In this document: one piece after another, positions 37,987 through 47,904 of the stretch
How positions within the stretch are numbered: position 1 is the first letter of the stretch
Layout of the letters: every line of letters begins with the position of its first letter
Origin: an uncultured Candidatus Actinomarina sp.
GTDB taxonomy: Bacteria > Actinomycetota > Acidimicrobiia > Actinomarinales > Actinomarinaceae
Assembly (NCBI GenBank): GCA_902599555.1
Contig: CACKFQ010000001.1
Coordinates: forward strand, 83,204-147,203
Direction: 5' to 3'
Length of the DNA stretch: 64,000 nucleotides
Notes under the pieces: generated by a model
What the model was told of the DNA's origin: nothing
The model's database searches: none
Seen by the model: the letters and a program-made list of their open reading frames with translations, nothing else
Position numbers and translations under genes: made by a program

Positions 37987-40077
37987 CTAAACGTTGTGCT
38001 GTTGTCCTGAATTAATATGATCTTGAGCAATAATTGCTGCTTTAGAAACAGCTTTAATTTCTTCCCAAGCAAAAGGATTCTGTGATTTATCTCTTACATA
38101 ATCAAAAAAGATACTAAGTGATTCTTTGTGGCCTTTGCCTGTTGAAAATGTTTTACTTCTGTCTTGTGAGCCCTCTAGAAACCTTAACATTTTAAAATCT
38201 TCGAGTATATAAGAGTTGCCTTCTCCATGAACTTCTATTCGTTCTTTGCTCAAAATTTGATTTGCTTCAGAGAAATACTGTAGAGAAGCATGTGAACCAT
38301 TTGCAAAATTAATGTTTAAGAAAACTTGATTATCTTTAACCATATTATTTGTTTTATCAACTGGGGCGGATGCTGAAATGCTCTGAGGAAGTGAATCAAA
38401 TAAATAACAAGCTAAATCAATGCCATGTACTGCTTCACCAACAATTCTTCCCCCACCAATTTCCTTTATATTTGTCCAGTGATCGCAGTCAAGGGGTGGG
38501 ACGCTAAATCTCAGATTTATACTATTTGCTGGATTATTAATTAATTTTTGTTTTATAAATTGCGCTGATTTTGAAAATCGTCTGTTAAATCCAATAAATA
38601 GTTTTGGATTTTCAGACCTATAAATACTCTCCTCAATATCCGTAATCGACTGCATGTCTATAGCTAATGGTTTTTCAACATATACAGCTTTTCCTTTATT
38701 TAGTGCTTTTATTACTAAATCTGAATGGTTGTGGTGAGGTGTTAATATAAGAACCGCGTCAATTTCATCAGCATTTAATATCTCTTCTTCAGTAGAGTAT
38801 TTATTTTTAATTTTAAAATTTTTCGCAAGTGACTCAGCACTTAAACCCTTTGACGATGCTATCCCAAGAACTTTGCATTCTCTTTTCAGTTCTTTAAGGG
38901 CAGGCATTATGGTTGTAGCTGCAAAATTTCCAGCACCCAATATTCCTACATTCACTTTTGATGTTTTTGGTTCAGGTTGCAAATCATTTTCTATTTTAAT
39001 TTTTGGTTCAGCGTCAATGTTGTATCTAAGTACCACTGATAATGGTTTAATCTCATCTTCAAATTTTTCATAAACACTTGGAGCATCTTCAAATGCTATT
39101 TCTTCAGATACTAAATCAAGCAAATGAATTTGTTTTTGCGACAAGAGTTTTGTAAATGCTTCAAAGTTTCTATTTTCGGTCCAACGCACATATTCAATTG
39201 GATAATCATTTCCTAGCGCTTCGTACTGTTTGTCATACCTTCCAGGACCATAAGATTTTGAAACCACAAGTTCGAGTTCTTTATAGTAAAAATCATTCCT
39301 AGAAATATTTAAAGGAATATCACCAATAACAACAATTTTTGCTTTATTGCGAGCAATTTTTGTAGCTAATTCTATTGGTTCGTTACTGCTTGTTGCAGCG
39401 GTAATAATTACACTATCAACATCTTTCAGTTCAACATCATCAGCAGAAGTAAAAAAATTATCTCCATATTTAGATCTTTCAGGATCTGGATCTATTCCAA
39501 TTACTTCTGAACCCTGTGCTTTAGCTAGCCTGCATACTAGTTGTCCTATTACTCCAAGACCTACAACAACTACTTTTGAACCAAGGCTTGTCTCAGATAG
39601 CCTTAGGCCGTGCAGTGCAATACTTCCTAAGACAGTAAAAGCTGCTTCCTTGATATCTGTATTTTCATCAATTCGACTGCATAAATTTTCACTAACAACA
39701 ACATACTCAGCATGGCCTCCATTAGAGACAACTTTATCTCCAACATGGTAAGAACTCACACCTTTCCCAACTTTGACAACTTCGCCTGCTGAACTGTATC
39801 CAAGTTGAAGAGGAAGTAGGTTTTTTGGAAATACAGCATTCCAGACTGCCCCAATGCCCTCTTTTTTTAATAGGTCTAATCCTTTATCAATATTTGAACT
39901 GTTTTGAAGTTTATCTGTGACAGAGGTGTTTGCTACTTCAATAGCAGCTAACTCTGTTCCTGAAGATACAACTGAATAATGATTTTTTATAAGTATCTCG
40001 CCTGGACCAGGATTTGGAATAGGAGTATCCCATAAAATTGGTGTAGGATTGTTTTTTTCAACTACTAGCTGTTTCAT
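37987..40077 (-). CDS. Two-domain oxidoreductase: N-terminal MDR zinc-type alcohol/polyol dehydrogenase-like domain fused to a C-terminal Gfo/Idh/MocA NAD(P)-binding oxidoreductase
   Basis: The N-terminal half has GroES-like plus Rossmann sequence (VVVGLGVIGQL). The C-terminal half carries NVGILGAGNFAATT...EKPLA, typical of Gfo/Idh/MocA. Total length is 696 aa. Confidence 0.65.
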   Translation of the reverse strand: MKQLVVEKNNPTPILWDTPIPNPGPGEILIKNHYSVVSSGTELAAIEVANTSVTDKLQNSSNIDKGLDLLKKEGIGAVWNAVFPKNLLPLQLGYSSAGEVVKVGKGVSSYHVGDKVVSNGGHAEYVVVSENLCSRIDENTDIKEAAFTVLGSIALHGLRLSETSLGSKVVVVGLGVIGQLVCRLAKAQGSEVIGIDPDPERSKYGDNFFTSADDVELKDVDSVIITAATSSNEPIELATKIARNKAKIVVIGDIPLNISRNDFYYKELELVVSKSYGPGRYDKQYEALGNDYPIEYVRWTENRNFEAFTKLLSQKQIHLLDLVSEEIAFEDAPSVYEKFEDEIKPLSVVLRYNIDAEPKIKIENDLQPEPKTSKVNVGILGAGNFAATTIMPALKELKRECKVLGIASSKGLSAESLAKNFKIKNKYSTEEEILNADEIDAVLILTPHHNHSDLVIKALNKGKAVYVEKPLAIDMQSITDIEESIYRSENPKLFIGFNRRFSKSAQFIKQKLINNPANSINLRFSVPPLDCDHWTNIKEIGGGRIVGEAVHGIDLACYLFDSLPQSISASAPVDKTNNMVKDNQVFLNINFANGSHASLQYFSEANQILSKERIEVHGEGNSYILEDFKMLRFLEGSQDRSKTFSTGKGHKESLSIFFDYVRDKSQNPFAWEEIKAVSKAAIIAQDHINSGQQHNV

Positions 40078-40098
40078 TTCTCTCCTGTTTAATAATAA

Positions 40099-40755
40099 CT
40101 AATTTACTTGTGAAATTAAGGGTGAGGTTAAATTAATGTAATCTCCATCAGTTGATTTTATTTTTAGAGATCCATCTTCGTTAATATCTTCAGCCCATCC
40201 TCTACCTTCTGGATATTCCACAATTTTTCCGATTGTTTGTAATTTTTGTTTGTATTTATCTAAATCAAAATAATTTTTAGAAATTGAGGACAATACTTCA
40301 CTCGCCCACTGTTCTGCATGTAAATTGATTAATGAGTCTTCCTGTTTTCTAGTAAAGACTGAACCTGCACCAGGTATTTCTGGTTTCTCCCAAAAATAAT
40401 TTATACCCATTCCAATACAAATGTTATTTTCAGACTTTTCAACAAGTATTCCACCAACTTTTAGATTGTTTAAAACAATATCGTTGGGCCACTTTAAGCT
40501 GAGATTTATATCATTAAGAACTTCTGTAAATACGTAGCCTGCAATAAGTGGAATAAGTGTGTGTTTTACTTCTATATCCTCTTGTTTTACTGCAAGTGAA
40601 CATGCCAGGGCTTGGTCTGCATTAAGCCATGTTCTGTTTGATGTACCTTTACCTTTTTCCTGAGAGTAGCTAATAACAAGAATTGGTTCGCTTGATAGTT
40701 CACTTAGTGCATATTCCTGTGTATTGTAAATGGATTCAAAAAAAAAGGTTTTCAT
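40099..40755 (-). CDS. birA: Biotin--[acetyl-CoA-carboxylase] ligase, group I (no DNA-binding domain)
   Basis: QEKGKGTSNRTWLNADQALACS matches the BPL GRGRRGR.W motif. It is 218 aa and adjacent to the carboxylase genes. Confidence 0.7.
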   Translation of the reverse strand: MKTFFFESIYNTQEYALSELSSEPILVISYSQEKGKGTSNRTWLNADQALACSLAVKQEDIEVKHTLIPLIAGYVFTEVLNDINLSLKWPNDIVLNNLKVGGILVEKSENNICIGMGINYFWEKPEIPGAGSVFTRKQEDSLINLHAEQWASEVLSSISKNYFDLDKYKQKLQTIGKIVEYPEGRGWAEDINEDGSLKIKSTDGDYINLTSPLISQVN

Positions 40756-40814
40756 AGTGTTACTTCTTTACATATATATAGGTCAAATACATACATTAAC
40801 AATAAACAGGAAAG

Positions 40815-42308
40815 ATGGGCATGTCAGACGATAATTTAGCTGAAATTCGTGATGAAAAAGCTAAAAAGATACAGCACCCAAAAGGAAAATTAACAGCTTA
40901 CGAAAGGCTGAATTTACTATTGGACGAGGGTTCATTTAGCGAAATAGACCAACATGTTGCTTCTGAGGAAAACCCTGATGGTGAAGCAGTTGTAACAGGT
41001 ACTGGCACAATTCATGGACGTCCAGTATTTGTATTTAGTGAAGACTTTTCTGTCATGGGAGGAAGTCTGGGCGAAGTTGTAGCTAAAAAAATTCTAAAAG
41101 TGATGGATCATGCATTAGAAGCTAGAGCACCAATCATTGGAATAAAAGACTCTGGTGGAGCAAGAATTCAGGAAGGTATCTCTTCTTTGTATGGATATGC
41201 TCAAATTTTTAAAAAAAATGTTGAAGCTTCTGGGAAAATTCCACAAATATCTGTTGTTGTTGGTCCTTCTGCTGGTGGAGCGGTTTATAGCCCAGCACTG
41301 ACTGATTTTATTTTTCAAGTACAAGATATAGGACAACTATATGTGACAGGACCTGCTGTTGTTAAAACTGTTACTGGTGAAGAGGTTTCCTATGAAGAGT
41401 TAGGTGGAGTAGAAGCGCACGGTACTAAATCGGGTGTGTCTCATCAAATTTGTGAATCTGAAGAACAAGCATTTGAAGAAATTCGATATCTTATGAGCTT
41501 TCTTCCACAGTCTTCATCTCAAAAACCTCCTGCATTTATTACAGAAGATGAATCTTCTAGAACAATAGAATCTTTAGATAGTTTTATACCGGAAAATAGA
41601 AACCAGCCATATGATATGGCAAAAATAATTTCAGATATTTCAGATGATGGAGAGCACTATCCGATTCAAAGCAACTATGCACTCAACATTATTACAACTT
41701 TTGCAAGAGTAAATGGAAATACAATTGGAATAGTTGCTAACCAGCCAATGGAGCTTGCAGGAGTGCTAGATATTAAGGCTTCAGAAAAAGCAGCAAGGTT
41801 TGTTAGGTTTTGTGACGCATTCAATATACCTATTCTTACTCTGGTTGATGTTCCTGGATTTTTACCCGGAGTTGAGCAAGAGCACGGTGGAATTATAAGA
41901 AGTGGTGCAAAATTATTATACGCTTACTCAGAGGCAACAGTTCCAAGAGTATGTGTGGTTATAAGAAAAGCGTATGGAGGAGCTTACATCGTTATGGATT
42001 CAATAGGGCTTGGTGCGGATAAATTATTTGCATGGCCAAGTGGTGAAATTGCTGTTATGGGTGCTGAAGGAGCAGTTGACATAATACATAAAAGAGAATT
42101 GGCAGCAGCCGACAATAAAGAAGAGCTTAAGTCAAAGTTAGTGGCAGAGTATAATGATAAATTTAGCAACCCTGATATTGCAGCACAATTAGGCTTAATT
42201 GACAATATTATAAAACCAAGTGAGACAAGAAAAGTGGTTATTGACTCATTTAAAGACTTAGTAAATAAAGGAGAGTTAGGAGATAAACATGGAAACATAC
42301 CCCTCTAA
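40815..42308 (+). CDS. Acyl-CoA carboxylase carboxyltransferase (beta) subunit, PccB/AccD5-like
   Basis: Two crotonase-fold CT domains. It shows propionyl/acetyl-CoA carboxylase beta-chain motifs (GGSLGEV, SGGARIQEG, AYGGAYIVM). Confidence 0.85.
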   Translation: MGMSDDNLAEIRDEKAKKIQHPKGKLTAYERLNLLLDEGSFSEIDQHVASEENPDGEAVVTGTGTIHGRPVFVFSEDFSVMGGSLGEVVAKKILKVMDHALEARAPIIGIKDSGGARIQEGISSLYGYAQIFKKNVEASGKIPQISVVVGPSAGGAVYSPALTDFIFQVQDIGQLYVTGPAVVKTVTGEEVSYEELGGVEAHGTKSGVSHQICESEEQAFEEIRYLMSFLPQSSSQKPPAFITEDESSRTIESLDSFIPENRNQPYDMAKIISDISDDGEHYPIQSNYALNIITTFARVNGNTIGIVANQPMELAGVLDIKASEKAARFVRFCDAFNIPILTLVDVPGFLPGVEQEHGGIIRSGAKLLYAYSEATVPRVCVVIRKAYGGAYIVMDSIGLGADKLFAWPSGEIAVMGAEGAVDIIHKRELAAADNKEELKSKLVAEYNDKFSNPDIAAQLGLIDNIIKPSETRKVVIDSFKDLVNKGELGDKHGNIPL

Positions 42309-42828
42309 AAATATTGCTATTACATGGGTAGAAAAAGGTAGTATTGCAAGAAATTTATTCTTGGCCTTAGGTTTTGCAATATTAACTGCACTTAGTGCTC
42401 AAATAAGAATTGTTATTCCAATCTCGCCTGTTCCAATAACTGGTCAAACATTTGTTGTGCTTTTATCAGGATTAATATTAGGTAGCACTTTTGGAGCAAT
42501 CAGTATGTTAATGTACCTATTTATTGGTATGTCTGGCCTTCCATTTTTTTCAGCAGGTGTTGCTGGTCTTGCAATTTTAAAAAGTCCCACAATAGGATAT
42601 ATAATTGGATTTTTTCTAGCAGCTTATGTAATTGGTGCTTTTGCAGCTAAACCTGTACTGGCTATTCTGCTTGGTTCATTAACTATTTATATTGCTGGTG
42701 TTTCTGGATTGATGATAGTTTTAAATACTTCACTTTCGAATGCTCTTGCAATTGGGGTTGTTCCATTTTTGATAGGAGATGCTATAAAGTCTATTTTGGC
42801 AATGGGCTTGGCTTTTAAATTAAAGTAA
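42289..42828 (+). CDS. bioY: Biotin transporter BioY (ECF S-component)
   Basis: Five to six TM helices and a PVPITGQTFVVLL signature. Confidence 0.8.
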   Translation: METYPSKNIAITWVEKGSIARNLFLALGFAILTALSAQIRIVIPISPVPITGQTFVVLLSGLILGSTFGAISMLMYLFIGMSGLPFFSAGVAGLAILKSPTIGYIIGFFLAAYVIGAFAAKPVLAILLGSLTIYIAGVSGLMIVLNTSLSNALAIGVVPFLIGDAIKSILAMGLAFKLK

Positions 42829-42830
42829 AT

Positions 42831-44528
42831 ATGACTCAAAAACGAATCCTAATCGCAAACAGAGGTGAGATAGCGCTTCGAATTATTAGATCTGCCAAAG
42901 AAATGGATTTATATACTATTGCTGTTTACTCAGATGCAGATGAAGATGCTTTACATACTAAACGAGCTGATGAATCTTATTACCTTGGAGGGTCTCTGCC
43001 TGCTGAAAGCTACAGGAATTTAAAAAAATTAGTCAAAGCTGCTGAAGAAACAAATGCAGATTTAGTCCACCCAGGATATGGGTTCCTCGCAGAAAATGCT
43101 GACTTTGCAAAAGCTATAGAAAAGAAAGGAATTACTTGGGTAGGGCCTAAACCTGAAACCATTAAATCTATGGGTGACAAAATTGAATCAAGAAAATTAG
43201 TTTCAAAGATTGGACTTAATCCTGTACCAGGTCAGCTAAAGCCTTCAAGGTTTCAAAGAGATGCAGTAAAAGATGCTGAAAGTTTCGGATATCCTGTTGC
43301 ATTGAAAGCTGCGCATGGTGGTGGAGGAAAAGGATTAAGAATTGTTCACAATGAAAAAGAACTTCTTGAAAATTTTGATATTGTGAAGCGAGAAAGTGAA
43401 GCTTATTTTGGTTCTGATCAAATCTACGTTGAAAAATTTATAAAACCAGCAAGACACATTGAAACTCAAATTCTTGCCGACAAGTATGGCAATATTTTGT
43501 ATTTAGGTGAAAGAGATTGCTCTTTACAGAGAAGGAATCAAAAGTTAATTGAGGAGAGTCCACCTGAGTGGCTCTCTGAATATGGAAGAGAAAAATTAAA
43601 AGAGTTTACACTTAAAATCGCATCTAATTCAGATTATGTAAATGCTGGAACTGTAGAGTTCCTTGCTGATAGTGACGAAAACTTTTACTTCCTTGAAATG
43701 AATACTCGGTTACAAGTAGAGCATACAGTAACTGAAATGAGATATGGCCTTGACCTTGTAAAAGAACAAATAAAAATTGCACTAGGAAACTCTATCGAGG
43801 ATTATGAGCTTGATCCAAGAGGACACAGTATAGAGTTTAGGATTAATGCAGAAGACCCAAATAATAACTTTCTACCAACTCCTGGAACAATTACCGAATA
43901 TAGAGAGCCAACTGGTAATGGTGTACGTATTGATGGGTGGGCTAGAACAGGTACTCAAATTACTCATTATTATGACAATCTTATTTCGAAATTAATTGTT
44001 TGGGGTGTTTCAAGGGAAGAGGCAAGATCTAAGGGAATCAGGTGCCTTGAAGAATATATTATCGGAGGCATCCCTACCACTATAAATTTATTAATAGATA
44101 TTTTAAAAACTAAAGAATTTGTCAACAGTCAAATACACGTAAAGTTTTTAGAGGAAAACTTTGAAATACGTGAGATCGAAGAAGATGAAGTTTCCTCTGA
44201 TAGACCAAGCAAGGTAAAAATATCATTAGAGGACACAACCAACCCAACTCTTGCTCCTCAACGTCCTAAAAAAGTAGGTATGGACCTTACGGGCAATATT
44301 AAAAATCCAGGAATAATTTTTGCAGAAATGCAGGGGACAATAATGGACACCATGACTAAACAAGGTAAAAAAGTAAAAAAAGGTGACTCATTATTTGTTC
44401 TTGAAGCAATGAAAATGGAAAATGTAATTACAGCTCCAATTGATGGTGTAATCAAAAAATTTAATATCGAAAAAGGACAGCCCGTTAAAAAAGGTGACTT
44501 ATTAATTGAGATTGAAGCGAAGTTCTGA
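42831..44528 (+). CDS. Acetyl/propionyl-CoA carboxylase alpha subunit (biotin carboxylase fused to BCCP)
   Basis: ATP-grasp biotin carboxylase motifs (MNTRLQVEHTVTE), and a C-terminal biotinyl domain with EAMKMEN. Confidence 0.9.
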   Translation: MTQKRILIANRGEIALRIIRSAKEMDLYTIAVYSDADEDALHTKRADESYYLGGSLPAESYRNLKKLVKAAEETNADLVHPGYGFLAENADFAKAIEKKGITWVGPKPETIKSMGDKIESRKLVSKIGLNPVPGQLKPSRFQRDAVKDAESFGYPVALKAAHGGGGKGLRIVHNEKELLENFDIVKRESEAYFGSDQIYVEKFIKPARHIETQILADKYGNILYLGERDCSLQRRNQKLIEESPPEWLSEYGREKLKEFTLKIASNSDYVNAGTVEFLADSDENFYFLEMNTRLQVEHTVTEMRYGLDLVKEQIKIALGNSIEDYELDPRGHSIEFRINAEDPNNNFLPTPGTITEYREPTGNGVRIDGWARTGTQITHYYDNLISKLIVWGVSREEARSKGIRCLEEYIIGGIPTTINLLIDILKTKEFVNSQIHVKFLEENFEIREIEEDEVSSDRPSKVKISLEDTTNPTLAPQRPKKVGMDLTGNIKNPGIIFAEMQGTIMDTMTKQGKKVKKGDSLFVLEAMKMENVITAPIDGVIKKFNIEKGQPVKKGDLLIEIEAKF

Positions 44529-44902
44529 TGATTTACGGTATAGGTGTTGACCAAGTCGATCTGAATAGAGTTAGAAAACTTTTAAATAAGTCTCAAACCA
44601 AATTTGAAAAAAGATGCTTTACACAGAATGAAATAATCTATGCAAATCGATTCAATGATCCAGCTAAAAGACTAGGTGCTAGGTTTGCTGCAAAAGAAGC
44701 GGTCATGAAGTCTTTAGGTAAAGGTTGGAGACAGTTAGGTTGGAAAGATATTGAAATTAGTGGTGGAGGCAAGCCTGAAGTTCATTTATATGGAAAAGCA
44801 AAAGAACTGGCAAAAGAGTTGAATATTGATACTGTGCACGTATCTCTATCACACGAAGGAGATGGAGCAATAGCATTTACCATTTCAGAAATAGAAAAAT
44901 GA
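44528..44902 (+). CDS. acpS: Holo-[acyl-carrier-protein] synthase
   Basis: N-terminal IYGIGVDQVDL motif, 124 aa. Confidence 0.8.
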   Translation: MIYGIGVDQVDLNRVRKLLNKSQTKFEKRCFTQNEIIYANRFNDPAKRLGARFAAKEAVMKSLGKGWRQLGWKDIEISGGGKPEVHLYGKAKELAKELNIDTVHVSLSHEGDGAIAFTISEIEK

Positions 44903-45810
44903 ACTGGGTAGCAATGTTTCCCGGACAGGGATCTCAACAAGCGGGCATGGGTGAGGAGTTACTTGATTTATATCCAGATCTTTTAATTGAGGAGTTTGAA
45001 GAAACTTTGGGTTGGTCTTTGAAAGAGACTATTTTACATTGTGATCAAAGCGAGATTACAAAAACAAATATTGCTCAGCCTTACATATTTGCAATTTCCT
45101 ACTGTTACGGATTGGAAGCTTTTAAAAAACTAGGTATACCAAAAGTTGGTATAGGTCATTCATTAGGTGAGTATACTGCGTTAGCACTTGCTGAGTTCAT
45201 TAGCTATCGTGATACATTAAAAATTATTTCTGTGAGAGGTGATTCTATGCAGAAAGCTGTTGAGAACTCCAACTCAACAATGGCTGCCGTTTTAACGTCA
45301 GACCTCAAACAAACTATGGATGCTGTTGAAATACTAAACAATCAAGGAATTTCAATCAATATATCTAACTTCAATGATGGTACACAAATCGTCATTGGTG
45401 GATTGAAAGATGACATAGACTACTTAAAGTCAAACCCAGCTGATTTGGGTGCAAAAAGAGTGATACCCCTTGATGTTGCTGGTGCTTTTCATTCAAAATT
45501 TGTTTCTTCTGCGAAACAAGAAGTTCAAAACATAGTAGATAAAGTTGAGTTTTCAGAAGGTAAGTTTGATGTCTATATGAATGTAGACGCAAATATAGCT
45601 GACCTTACAACAATAAAACAAAGACTTGTTGATCAAATCGACAATAGCGTGCTATTTTATGACCAAATTCTGAATATTGAAAATAATGTGAATCCGGAAA
45701 AGTGGTATCATATCGGACCTGGAAATGTAACTGCTGGGATGGTAAAAAAGTCTATATCTAGTAAGGGTATTGAAATCATTAATTCATTAGACTCTTTGAA
45801 TACTGTTTAA
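44899..45810 (+). CDS. fabD: Malonyl CoA-ACP transacylase
   Basis: FPGQGSQ and GHSLGEY active-site motifs. Confidence 0.85.
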   Translation: MNWVAMFPGQGSQQAGMGEELLDLYPDLLIEEFEETLGWSLKETILHCDQSEITKTNIAQPYIFAISYCYGLEAFKKLGIPKVGIGHSLGEYTALALAEFISYRDTLKIISVRGDSMQKAVENSNSTMAAVLTSDLKQTMDAVEILNNQGISINISNFNDGTQIVIGGLKDDIDYLKSNPADLGAKRVIPLDVAGAFHSKFVSSAKQEVQNIVDKVEFSEGKFDVYMNVDANIADLTTIKQRLVDQIDNSVLFYDQILNIENNVNPEKWYHIGPGNVTAGMVKKSISSKGIEIINSLDSLNTV

Positions 45811-45823
45811 ATAAGGAGATTTT

Positions 45824-46918
45824 GTGAAGTCAACTATAACTGGTTGGGGCAAGTGTTCGCCAGACAACATAATGACAAATGATGATTTGGCAGTTTTCGT
45901 TGACACTTCTGATGAGTGGATACAACAGCGAACTGGAATTCAGGAAAGAAGATTTTGTCATGTTAACAATTCAGATATGGCTGCTGTTGCAGGACAACAT
46001 GCGATTGCCTGTGCAGGTTTAACACCAGAAGACATTGATGTAGTTATTCTTGCTACATGTACTCCTGACAGTATTGTCCCTTCTGCTGCAGCTCATGTTC
46101 AAAGAAAACTTGGTGCAGTCAATGCTTCGGTCTATGACATAAATGCTGCATGCGCAGGTTTTGTATATGCATTAGAACAAGGAAAAGCTTTTGTAGAAAG
46201 TGGACTTTACAAGAAGGCTTTGGTTATAGGTTCAGAGCACATTACCTGGTTACTTGATTGGTCAGATAGAAATACTGCAGTCCTATTTGGGGATGGAGCT
46301 GGAGCAGTTGTTGTTGAAGAAAGTAAATCCCCAGAAGATGGTGAAATATTTTCTTTTGTCAATGGTTTAAGTTCTGATAAGTTAGACATTTTAGAGGTTC
46401 CAAACTTTGGATCAGCAATGGATAGATTTAATAAAGATGAAGCAGCAAGAGTGAGATGGACATTTGATGGACAAGAGATTTTTAAAGGTGGAATTAGAGC
46501 AATGGCTACAGCATCTGATGAAGTCATTACAAAATCTGGATTAACAAAAGAAGATATAGATCTTTTGATTCCTCACCAAGCTAATTTAAGAATCGTAGAG
46601 GGGTTAGAGAAAATGTTAAGCCTTCCAAACGCTACCACAATAAAAAAAGTTCATAAATATGGCAATACCTCTGCAGCCTCAATTCCAACTGCCTTAGTCG
46701 ATGCATTAGAAGAAGGTGAAATTATAGGTGGAGAAGTTGCAATTTTTACTGCTGTAGGTGCAGGCCTTTCATGGGGTGCATGCGCTTTGCGTTTAGGGGA
46801 AAGAACAACTCCTATAAATACTTCTGATGCAAAACTACCTGATTTTGATGGCAAGGCTGTTGATACGATAAGAAAAGCGATTGAGTATCAAATACCTGAA
46901 AAATTAGATCTTATATGA
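45824..46918 (+). CDS. fabH: 3-oxoacyl-ACP synthase III (GTG start)
   Basis: Thiolase-fold KAS III with active-site Cys in NAACAGF, His/Asn motifs, and C-terminal GAGLSWGA. Confidence 0.8.
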   Translation: MKSTITGWGKCSPDNIMTNDDLAVFVDTSDEWIQQRTGIQERRFCHVNNSDMAAVAGQHAIACAGLTPEDIDVVILATCTPDSIVPSAAAHVQRKLGAVNASVYDINAACAGFVYALEQGKAFVESGLYKKALVIGSEHITWLLDWSDRNTAVLFGDGAGAVVVEESKSPEDGEIFSFVNGLSSDKLDILEVPNFGSAMDRFNKDEAARVRWTFDGQEIFKGGIRAMATASDEVITKSGLTKEDIDLLIPHQANLRIVEGLEKMLSLPNATTIKKVHKYGNTSAASIPTALVDALEEGEIIGGEVAIFTAVGAGLSWGACALRLGERTTPINTSDAKLPDFDGKAVDTIRKAIEYQIPEKLDLI

Positions 46919-47643
46919 AAACAGCACTAGTAACAGGTGGCTCCAGGGGTATTGGAAGTGCTATTGCATTAGGGCTTGGAAAAAATTTTCATGTTGTAGT
47001 TGGCTATGCAAATTCAGAAGACAAAGCTAATAATGTTGCTAAAGAAATCGTTGCTGCTGGTGGAAGTGCAAGTACAGTTCAAATCGATATATCAAATGCT
47101 GAATCTGTAGATAATGCCTTTTCAATAGTTGAAAAAGAATACAACTCTGTAGATGTCTTAATTAATAATGCAGGAGTTACACAAGACAATATCTTACCAA
47201 GAATGAAAGAATCTGAATGGCTTGAAGTAATTCAAACTAATTTAACAGGAAGTTTTTATACATCGCAGAGAGCTATCAAACTTATGATGAAAAATAAGTG
47301 GGGACGAATTGTATTTATATCGTCTGTAGTTGGACTATCAGGCAATCAAGGTCAATCAAACTATGCTGCATCAAAAGCAGGGTTAATTGGATTAGCAAAA
47401 TCAATAAGTAGAGAACTGGGTACTAGAAATATAACATCTAACGTAGTTGCTCCAGGGTATATTGAAACAGATATGACCTCTTTTTTAGATGATGAAAATA
47501 AGGAAAATATTATAGAGCAACTCTCAATTAAACGCATTGGTAAACCAGAAGATATTTCAAATGTAGTATCTTTTTTATGTAGCGAAGAGTCAGAATATAT
47601 AACAGGACAAGTTATACCAGTTGATGGTGGTTTAACAACGTAA
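46915..47643 (+). CDS. fabG: 3-oxoacyl-ACP reductase
   Basis: SDR motifs TGGSRGIG, NNAG and YAASKAG. Confidence 0.85.
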   Translation: MKTALVTGGSRGIGSAIALGLGKNFHVVVGYANSEDKANNVAKEIVAAGGSASTVQIDISNAESVDNAFSIVEKEYNSVDVLINNAGVTQDNILPRMKESEWLEVIQTNLTGSFYTSQRAIKLMMKNKWGRIVFISSVVGLSGNQGQSNYAASKAGLIGLAKSISRELGTRNITSNVVAPGYIETDMTSFLDDENKENIIEQLSIKRIGKPEDISNVVSFLCSEESEYITGQVIPVDGGLTT

Positions 47644-47656
47644 TTAGGGAGTAATT

Positions 47657-47896
47657 ATGGAAACTAATGAAGTTTTTGAAAAAGTAAAAGGTCTTTTTGT
47701 AGAAGACCTTGGTATTGATGAATCAAAAGTAACAATGGATGCAAAGTTGGAAGAGGATTTGGAAATTGATTCATTAGGAATAGTTGAGGTGGTTATGGCC
47801 TTTGAAGATGAATTTGATATTGAAATTGATGATGAAGAACTTGCTGATGTTTCAACAGTTGGCCAAGCTGTAAATCTACTTCATTCAAAAATATAA
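47657..47896 (+). CDS. acpP: Acyl carrier protein
   Basis: 79 aa with DSLGIVEVVMAFEDEF phosphopantetheine-attachment motif. Confidence 0.9.
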   Translation: METNEVFEKVKGLFVEDLGIDESKVTMDAKLEEDLEIDSLGIVEVVMAFEDEFDIEIDDEELADVSTVGQAVNLLHSKI

Positions 47897-47904
47897 TTCG
47901 AATC

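Noticed and set aside
40815-40821. Alternative start (MGMSDD vs MSDD) for the carboxyltransferase gene
   Set aside because: The two candidate starts cannot be distinguished from sequence alone, and the choice does not affect the call.
44258-44554. Antisense 98-aa ORF at the accA/acpS junction
   Set aside because: It is embedded in the BCCP domain coding region, and the EAMKM biotinylation motif confirms the + strand frame.
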